From NCBI GenBank assembly GCA_028710695.1, contig JAQTTP010000005.1, forward strand, positions 30,001-62,000: DNA of 32,000 bases, read 5' to 3'. Positions 25,105-32,000 of this stretch are shown here, in pieces. Every line of letters starts with the position of its first letter. The first letter of the stretch is position 1. The DNA is from Candidatus Iainarchaeum sp. (lineage in GTDB: Archaea > Iainarchaeota > Iainarchaeia > Iainarchaeales > 0-14-0-20-30-16). Under the pieces are notes generated by a model, which was not told the origin of the DNA, did no database searches, and was given only the letters and a program-made list of their open reading frames with translations. Made by a program: the position numbers and the translations under genes.

Positions 25105-28040
25105 TAAAGGTCCTCTTATGCTATTAGTACTGGTCAGCTGAATATCTCGCCGAAGCTCGATACTTACACTTCCAGCCTATCAACCCAGTCTTCTACTGGC
25201 GCATTAGTCTGTCCGAAGACAGAGTGACGATCTATTTTCAGGGGGGACTTCAAGCTTAGATGCTTTCAGCTTTTATTCCTTACGGCGTGGCTACCCAGCG
25301 CTGCCCTCCCGGACAACTGGTAGACTAGAGGCCGCGACCTTTTGTTCCTTTCGTACTAGAAAGATCTTCCCTTCAGATCATCAACAGTCCCAACAGATAG
25401 TAAACAAACTGGCTCGCACCGTTCTTAACCCAGCTCACGTACGGCTTTAATGAGTTAACCCCTCCACCCTTGGCTGCTTATGCACAGCCAGGATGCCATG
25501 AGCCGACAACGAGGTAGCAAACCGCGGGGTCGATATGTACTCTTGCCCGCGACAACCCAGTTACCCCCAGGGTAGCTTCACTATCAGACCAGACTGCCAC
25601 CAAAGCAGTACTGACGATCATTAAGCCCTTCTTTCGAATCTGCATTCCTTGTTTTGCAGAACACAGTCAAGCCTGCTTTTGCCCTTACACTCGACAGGAT
25701 GTTCCTAACACCCCTGAGCAGACCTTTGGGTTCCCCTGATACCTTTTCAGGGGAGTACCGCCCCAGCCAAACCACCAACTCTGCAGGTGTCCCCCTTTCG
25801 GGGTGAGTCTTAGAATTTCTAAAGGTTAGTGTCCCATTGACGTCTCCACAGTTCCTGACGAAACTGCTTCGAAGACTACTAACTACGCTGCACATCAAAA
25901 ATTCTAAAACAGCAACAGATTGTGGTAAAGTTCCGTGGGGACTTCACCTCCCATTGGGACGCCGTGGCATATTCACCACGCAGTGGGTTCGTCGAGTTAT
26001 AGTTAGGGACAGTGGGAATCTCGTTACTCCATTAATGCAAGTCGGCATTAAACCGACAAGGTATTACGCTACCTTAAGAGCCTCAGAGTTAGGCCCGCTC
26101 TTTACCAGCGCTTAGACCCCTTGAAAAGGGTTTTCACGTACTGGCAGTGAGCAGAAGTCGGCCCCTATACTAATCTTTTCAGACTCGCAGGGACCTACGT
26201 TTTTGATAAACAGTCGGACTCCCCTTGTTAGTGTCACCTACAGTTTACACAACTGCAGGCACCCCTTATACCAAAGATACGGGGCTATTTTGCCGAATTC
26301 CCTTAACTATATTCTCTCGATACGCCTTGGCCTTCTCAGCCAGGGGCACCTTTCCCGGTTCTCGGTACGATCTGATGGAATCCTTATGATCTTTCTTTTC
26401 ATGGTTACCAGGTGTGAAAAACAGCTTTCGCCCCATCACCTCTTAAAGCCCTTCTCGTCATTATAACTCTCCAGGCTTATATTAGGATTGGATATTCTGG
26501 GAAGAATACGTTTTCTAACCCAATAAGTCAAAAGATCATCTATTGTTACCAAGTTGTATCCATCAGGTACAGGAATATGAACCTGTTTCCCTTTCCCCCC
26601 ACTCGTGTTACGATGGGGGTTAGGATCGACTAACCCTTAGCTGATGATCAGTGCTAAGGAACCCTAGCCCTTTCAGCGGAGAGGGTTCTCACCTCTCATA
26701 GCTATTACTACCGCTAGGATCAATATTCCATATAGGTCCACAAGAACTCACGCCCTTGCTTCTGCCCTATAAGAAAACCTTCTTACAAGATATTACATAC
26801 AATGCAATCTGCATGGTATCGGTGGTCTGTTTTAGCCCCGTATATTTTTGGTGCCCTCACTCTCGGAAGGTGAGTTGTTACACACTCTTTAAATGATAGC
26901 TACTTCTGAGCTTACATTCCCTCTGTCTTAGAGTAAAGACGCCCTTTATTTGCACTTAACAGACACTTTGGGACCTTAACCACGCGCAGGGTTGTTTCCC
27001 TTTCGGACCGGAAGCTTACCCCCCGGATCCCAACTCCAACCTTCTTAGACAAATGGCGATTCGGAGTTTAACAAAAAAGCCGAGGATCTCTCCCCAATAC
27101 TTTTTGATCAGTGCTCTACCCACCATTTCGTCTCAGGTCAAGCTAACCTTAGAGCTATTTCAGAAGGAGCCTGCTATCACCAAATTCGCATAGATTATCG
27201 CTCCCACTCCCAGGTCACCTAAACAGTTAGTCTAGAACTAGAAACGGACCTCCACCCCTTTGTAAAAGGGTTTCATCCTGCCCAGGAGTAAATCATTTGG
27301 TTTCAGGTCTGGTATCTGTGACTAAAGACGGATTAGCATCCTTGTCCTCACTAAAAGTTGCGACAACTCGGTTTCCCTACGCCTACGAGGTTTAACCCCT
27401 TAAGCTTGCCACAGACACAAATTCCCTAGCCCGTGCTTCGTGACGAACGACGTAACACTGTACAGAGCGCTTCGTTACCTTAGGCGCTCTACCTTTTGTG
27501 CCGCGTCCACCTATTACCATTTGGTTTCAGGTGCTTTTAACTCCCTACCAAGGGTGCTTTTCAACTTTCCCTCACGGTACTCGTTCGCTATCGGTCTTGG
27601 AAGAATGTTTAAGATTGGGGGTTGGTAACCCCCGTATTCATACGCAAATGCCAATGCGTATTACTCTCGGTTACTATCGGATCTTTCTCTCTTATAACTA
27701 AGGGGCTATCACCCGCTATGGCGCTTCTTTCCAGAAGTCTTCGTCTTAAAGAGTTAAGACCCTAACTAGACCTCACCACATCTCCCACTAATTTCTTAGA
27801 GGGATTCAGTTTGTCTTCTGCCCTTTTCCTTCGCCAGTACTAGGGGCATCGCGATTGCTTTCTTTTCCTGCAGGTACTAAGATGCTTCAATTCCCTGCGT
27901 CTCCCCCCCTTTCGGGGTAATTCGGGTATCTCTGGTTCAATGGTTGCGTGCACCTCGCCAGAGCTTTTCGCAGCTTGCCACGCCCTTCTTCGGCTTCCAA
28001 GCCAAGTCATCCACCAAATGGTTCACTAGGACCCTTAACA
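25104..28040 (-). rRNA. rrl: 23S rRNA (~2.94 kb)
   Basis: Reverse complements of conserved blocks are present: gcttagatgctttcagc (25254-25270 = GCUGAAAGCAUCUAAGC), the SRL at 25347-25360, the PTC block at 25500-25570, and ccctcacggtactcgttcgctatcggtc (27569-27596). The ends form helix 1 (28028-28038 pairs with 25104-25114). End coordinates are good to a few nt. Confidence 0.93.
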
Positions 28041-28148
28041 CTTTACTTGCCTATGCTAACTATGTGTGATATAAATATCACGAGTTACGCCAGAACAAAA
28101 AAACTTGTTCTAACTACTCATAACTCTCGGAAAGTCCATATTTACATA

Positions 28149-28256
28149 TGGACTCAGCGGGAATTGAACCCGCAGCCTCGGCCTTACTCGCAGCCCCAGA
28201 ATAAATTCTGGAGTATTGATGCAAGGGCCGCGCTCTCCCAGTTGAGCTATGAGCCC
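28149..28256 (-). tRNA. tRNA-Ala(UGC): tRNA-Ala(UGC) with a 35-nt intron at the canonical 37/38 position; no encoded CCA
   Basis: The reverse complement reads GGGCUCA UA GCUC AACUGGGA GAGC G CGGCC CUUGCA [35-nt intron] A GGCCG AGGCU GCGGG UUCAAUU CCCGC UGAGUCC A. It has the G3:U70 alanine identity pair and occupies the standard archaeal 16S-23S spacer position. Confidence 0.9.
28185..28219 (-). other. tRNA-Ala intron (35 nt)
   Basis: UCAAUA CUCCAGAA UUUA UUCUGGGG C UGCG AGUA. It has an internal 8-bp hairpin, and UGCG can pair with anticodon nucleotides U34-A37, giving a relaxed bulge-helix-bulge arrangement. Confidence 0.7.
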
Positions 28257-28269
28257 GTAGACTGTTATT
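28257..28269 (-). other. 16S processing-stem strand (3' flank)
   Basis: gtagactgttatt is the perfect reverse complement of aataacagtctac at 29863-29875. It abuts the tRNA-Ala 5' end. Confidence 0.7.
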
Positions 28270-28289
28270 AAACAATTACGAAAATTCAG

Positions 28290-29771
28290 AAGGAGGTGAT
28301 CCGTCCGCAGGTTCCCCTACGGACACCTTGTTACAACTTAGCCCTCCTCACGAAACAAGAAATCGAACTACCATTGAAGTAGCCCTCATTCTAGCCTCAT
28401 TCGGGTGGCTTGATGGGCGGTGTGTGTAAGAAGCAGGGACACATTCACCGCGTGATAGTGACACGCGATTACTAGGGATTCCAGCTTCATGAGAATGAGT
28501 TACAATCCTCAATCCGAACCTAGACCGAGTTTCACGGATTACCTCCCCCTCTCGAGTTCGATACCCATTGTCTCGGCCAATGTATGCCGCGTGTTGCCCA
28601 GAAGATTCGGGTCATACAGACCTATCGTCGCCCACCCCTTCCTCTAGATTGCTCCAGCTGTCCTTTCATAGTGCGCCCTTCCGAAGAAAGACTAGCAAAA
28701 GAAAGCATGGGTCTCGCCCGTTGCCTAAGTTAATAGGACACCTCACGGCACGAGCTGACGATGGCCATACAGCACCTCTCAGCGTGTCAGGTAACCCCAT
28801 CAGAGTGACCATCATCCTGCTGTCGCCCCTGGTAAGTTTCTTTGGCGTTGTATCCGATTAAACCGCAGCATCCACCCCTTGTGGTGCTTCCCCGCCAATT
28901 CCTTTAAGTTTCAGCCTTGCGACTATACTCCTCAGGCAGCAGACTTAACGGCTTCCCTACGGCACCCCGCAAATCCAAGATTAACGGGACACCTAGTCTG
29001 CAACGTTTACAGCTAGGACTAACCGGGTATCTAATCCGGGTCGCTCCCCCAGCTTTCATCCCTCACCGTCAGGTCCGTTCTCGTAAGTCGCCTTCGCTAC
29101 TGGTGGTCCTCTATGGATTATCACATTTCACCGCTACCCATAAAATACCACTTACGTCTCCCGGCCTCTAGTCAAGTAGTATTCTCTGCAATTCAACAAG
29201 TTAAGCTTGTCAATTTCACAAAGAACACACTAAACAGGCTACGGATGTTCTAGGCCCAATATCCACGAGTACCACTTGTGGAGCACGTATTACCGCGGCG
29301 GCTGGCACGTGTCTTACCCTCCACTTATTCGCCAAGTTATTTACACTTGACAAAAGCTAGAAAACTAGCACTAGGAATCCCCCTATCGCGCTTTCGCGCA
29401 TTGTAGAATTTTCGCGCCTGCTGCACCCCGTAGGGCTAGGGGCCTTTTCTCAGTCCCCTTCTCCGGGCTCCCCCTTGCAGGGCCCGTACGGATCTCAGGC
29501 TTGGTGGGCCATTACCCCGCCAACAACCTAATCCGACGCAGACCCATCCTAAGGCGCCAGCAAGAAAAGGCTTGCTGACTTTAATAAAAAGAGCATCCCA
29601 GCTTCAATTTACTATGAGGTATTACTCTCAGTTTCCCGAGCTTAACCTCTCCTCAGGGTAGGTTGTCCACGTGTTACTGAGCCGTTCGCCGAAGGTATCC
29701 ATATACCTTCCAGACTTGCATGGCTTAGTCGAATTCCTATAGCAGTACTCTCCAGCGGGATCAGCTGGAAT
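28290..29771 (-). rRNA. rrs: 16S rRNA (~1.48 kb), archaeal type
   Basis: The 3' end is ...GGAUCACCUCCU (reverse complement of aggaggtgatcc at 28291). The 5' end is AUUCCAGCUGAUCCCGCUGGAG (29771 downward). The 515 region is GUGCCAGCCGCCGCGGUAA (archaeal). The anti-SD matches the GGTGAT motifs upstream of the genes. Confidence 0.95.
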
Positions 29772-29862
29772 CATATCGCAATATTAGTCTAAAAACATTC
29801 AGAAATTGGTTTAATTATACACACATTATATTTGGTTAAAAAACTTTCGTTGTGTTCTTACC

Positions 29863-29875
29863 AATAACAGTCTAC
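29863..29875 (-). other. 16S processing-stem strand (5' leader)
   Basis: A perfect 13-bp complement of 28257-28269, located 91 nt upstream of the mature 16S 5' end. Confidence 0.7.
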
Positions 29876-29980
29876 ATCCTACCTAAAATACCTTAGGTAA
29901 TCATGGGATGGTTCTCAAAAAATGAGAAAACCAACAAAAAAGCACAGCAAAAATCTTTTGCTATGAAGTTTTTATAAAAT

Positions 29981-30010
29981 ATAAAGGGACACAAAAGCTT
30001 TATAAAGGTT
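29981..30010 (-). promoter_or_regulatory. Putative tandem rRNA promoters (minus reading AACCTTTATAAA and CCCTTTATAT)
   Basis: tttataaaggtt at 29999-30010 has the same core as 18909 and 24902. A second tataaaggg lies at 29982-29990. The predicted starts leave a ~170-200 nt leader containing hairpins (29880-29897, 29946-29962) and the processing-stem strand. Confidence 0.5.
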
Positions 30011-30101
30011 TTCGGCTTATTCATTATGTAGATTGAAGTGTCAAGGCTAATTTTTAGTTCATTATTTTAGTCACAAAGTAAACAAATTAGTAAAGTTTTG
30101 T

Positions 30102-31148
30102 CTATTCCGCCACAACTCTATTTCTTCCTTGTTCTTTTGCCTTATACAATCTCTCATCCGCCAAAGACACCAAAAGGTCAGGACTTGCTTCCTCAGCTTC
30201 ATTAACACTAGCAACCCCTATACTTATAGTTACTTTACCTACCGAGAACTCAGAGTTATCTATTGCTGACCTAAGCCTCTCCCCAACAAGCTTTGCACCT
30301 TCTTTGTCACAGCTTAAGAGAACAATAAATTCTTCTCCACCCCAACGACAAAGGAAATCTTGGCCTCTTCCAGGTCTATTTCTTAAACTACTAAACAGAA
30401 TCTTTGCTAATTTTCTAAGAACTATATCCCCGTTAAGGTGGCCATAGGTGTCATTGATGTTCTTGAAATGGTCTATATCTATTATTAATAAGGAGAATAC
30501 TGCTTTGGTTTTTTTGTAATCTTCTAACTTGTCATTAAAGTTTATTTCAAAAGAACGTCTAATCGAAACTTTAGTCAAAGGGTCCAACTGTTTGTCTATT
30601 ACAGATGCAATAAACCGCCCAATAGATGCAAAATATATTGCAGAGATTAGAAGCATTGTCTTTATGTCTTCTCCATACTTTAATTTTTTTAGTAGAAGAT
30701 TCTTGCCTTTTATTATTACAATTCCAATAACAGAATCATTGAATACAAGAGGAACCAATAGAGTGCTTTTATCAAACACCGAGTTAATTAGAACTTTAGT
30801 ATATCTAAAATTATGTGGTACCATATTATAGGCATAAATTATATTCTTCTTGCCTTTTGGATAAAAATAGATTATTTCTTTGTCCTCAATTGATTTTAGA
30901 ATATAATAATTCTCAGGAGTTATCTGATTCAAATCCATTTCTTCCAAATGGCTTGTAGTCTTAGTTCTATTCGCCAAACATACAAGAGTATCTTTATCCA
31001 GCAAATAAACTCCAATATTTTCTACATCCTTCAGGGTATCCATTATTAATTCCGATACTCTGCTTAAGTTGGTTTCATATTTAGAACTCAAGAGTGTACT
31101 CAGGGTATAAAGTTCTTTTGCAAGGGCCCACCCCCAAATTTTTTGCAT
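30102..31148 (-). CDS. GAF-like sensor / GGDEF diguanylate cyclase
   Basis: DIDHFKNINDTYGHLNGD, RGQDFLCRWGGEEF (RxxD I-site plus GGEEF), ISIGVASV, and ADERLYKAKEQGRNRV. The N-terminal LVPLVFNDSVIGIVIIKG is GAF-like. Start moved from GTG 31157 to ATG 31148 (AGGTG-6nt-ATG). Confidence 0.88.
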   Translation of the reverse strand: MQKIWGWALAKELYTLSTLLSSKYETNLSRVSELIMDTLKDVENIGVYLLDKDTLVCLANRTKTTSHLEEMDLNQITPENYYILKSIEDKEIIYFYPKGKKNIIYAYNMVPHNFRYTKVLINSVFDKSTLLVPLVFNDSVIGIVIIKGKNLLLKKLKYGEDIKTMLLISAIYFASIGRFIASVIDKQLDPLTKVSIRRSFEINFNDKLEDYKKTKAVFSLLIIDIDHFKNINDTYGHLNGDIVLRKLAKILFSSLRNRPGRGQDFLCRWGGEEFIVLLSCDKEGAKLVGERLRSAIDNSEFSVGKVTISIGVASVNEAEEASPDLLVSLADERLYKAKEQGRNRVVAE

Positions 31149-31157
31149 TAATGACAC

Positions 31158-32000
31158 CTATAGGAAGAATGAAAAAATAAATAAAATTATTAGAACTAAA
31201 ACGTCTACATATAACATAGCACGATATAGTTTATATATTCTCCCCCCAAGTGTCGAAAATGATTTTGTAAAGATTAAAAATAATAACAAAAATAAGAAAG
31301 CACAGAATATTGTCAGATATGATCCAAATACAGTATCCAAAAACTCAATAACTGCTACAGAAAATAAAGACGGAATAGCAAGAACTATCAAAACTACAAG
31401 AGCAATCAATGCAACTTTTTTTATCTTCACTTTGTAATAATCTACAAAGGATGCAACTACAAGCTCGAACAAGGAAATTGCCGAAGTAAATGCTATCAAA
31501 AAAATCAGCAAGAAAAATATTGGACCCAAGAAAACTAGATCTTTAAAGGCCATAGTCAAAACATCAAAAACCAATCTTGGCCCAGAAGCCAGGTCCAAAC
31601 CATAACTAAACAAAAAGGAATAGATAATAATTCCAATCAAAACTGATATTAAAATACTAGAAAAAACTACGGCCCCAATTGTAAAGTTTAGGTTTTCTTT
31701 TTTTGAATAACTTGCATAAGTTAGCAGAATCCCAAATCCCAAAGACAAAGAGAACAGAGCATGTGCAAACGCAAGAACGATCGTCTTCAAAGATATTGCA
31801 GATGCATTAAAACTAAACATATATTTCACCGCAGTCCCAAAGCCTGGGCTTGCCACAGCAAAATATAATAAAACAAATAAAAATATCACAAACAGCACAG
31901 ATGAAATATAGTTAACTACATTAACCCCTTTCTTAAGTCCAAATCTTACTGCCAAATAAATTAAAAATACAGTAATAAAAAAAGCAGCAAACATCAACAC
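31158..32000 (-). CDS. Sodium-dependent transporter, NSS/SNF family; C-terminal part only, with the 5' end outside the window
   Basis: AFAHALFSLSLGFGILLTYASYSKKENL matches the NSS TM6 signature (G.AFFSLSLGFG...TY.SY). Multiple TM helices. The frame is open to the window edge and stops with TAG at 31158. Confidence 0.75.
   Translation of the reverse strand: MLMFAAFFITVFLIYLAVRFGLKKGVNVVNYISSVLFVIFLFVLLYFAVASPGFGTAVKYMFSFNASAISLKTIVLAFAHALFSLSLGFGILLTYASYSKKENLNFTIGAVVFSSILISVLIGIIIYSFLFSYGLDLASGPRLVFDVLTMAFKDLVFLGPIFFLLIFLIAFTSAISLFELVVASFVDYYKVKIKKVALIALVVLIVLAIPSLFSVAVIEFLDTVFGSYLTIFCAFLFLLLFLIFTKSFSTLGGRIYKLYRAMLYVDVLVLIILFIFSFFL

Noticed and set aside
26466-26830. AT-rich patches inside 23S (about 26466-26580 and 26760-26820), considered as an intron or insertion element
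   Set aside because: The total 23S length (~2.94 kb) is normal. The patches map about 1.2-1.6 kb from the 5' end, in the variable domain II/III helices. There is no ORF (no homing endonuclease) and no BHB-like boundary. They are most simply lineage-specific variable helices.
28129-28137. ggaaagtcc in the 23S-tRNA spacer, which resembles the RNase P RNA CR-I motif
   Set aside because: It is on the plus strand whereas the region is transcribed from the minus strand. No CR-V partner or P4 pairing lies nearby, so this is a chance 9-mer.
25584-29171. ORF-track entries inside the rRNA operon (25584..25898, 25837..26115, 26203..26466, 27440..27701, 27948..28271, 28568..28861, 28917..29171)
   Set aside because: They lie entirely within 23S, 16S or the tRNA-Ala and have Arg/Pro/Ser-rich, low-complexity translations. 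They are chance ORFs in GC-richer rRNA sequence.
1-32000. Search for CRISPR arrays, transposases/IS ends, integrases and prophage or defence-system genes
   Set aside because: I saw no regularly spaced direct repeats, no terminal inverted repeats flanking genes, and no product resembling a nuclease, integrase or defence protein. The only repeats are the promoter motif, the rRNA processing stem and the 23S trailer duplication.

Overview
AT-rich archaeal chromosome segment. The archaeal assignment rests on an archaeal-type 16S 5' end and 515 region, GatE, and an intron-containing tRNA. A small-genome, DPANN-like lineage is my inference only. All but one gene is on the minus strand. From left to right the window holds: (1) a 3'-truncated cysteine-rich/CARDB surface protein that the ORF track misses because it runs off the window; (2) gatE; (3) a ~15 kb surface-glycan island (3.8-18.8 kb) with WbpB/E/D-like genes, an epimerase plus a sugar 6-dehydrogenase, three GT-B glycosyltransferases, a Wzx-like flippase, a CE4 deacetylase, a second DegT-type aminotransferase, three class I SAM methyltransferases, a Trm112-like zinc ribbon and a small FemAB/GNAT-like protein; (4) an Obg/YchF-family GTPase; (5) a porGDAB 2-oxoacid:ferredoxin oxidoreductase operon with a fifth, coupled ORF; (6) another methyltransferase; (7) a ~730 nt non-coding region containing a ~193 nt structured RNA of unknown family bounded by a promoter and a terminator; (8) a 16S-tRNA-Ala(intron)-23S operon with no recognisable 5S; (9) a GAF-GGDEF diguanylate cyclase; and (10) a 5'-truncated NSS transporter. 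The items most worth follow-up are the intact GGDEF cyclase in an archaeal context, the orphan structured RNA, substitutions at near-invariant rRNA positions (one of them compensated), and a PorD that has cleanly lost one of its two Fe-S clusters. Many ORF-track starts are GTG/TTG codons lying inside the Shine-Dalgarno sequence, so I moved those starts to the downstream ATG.
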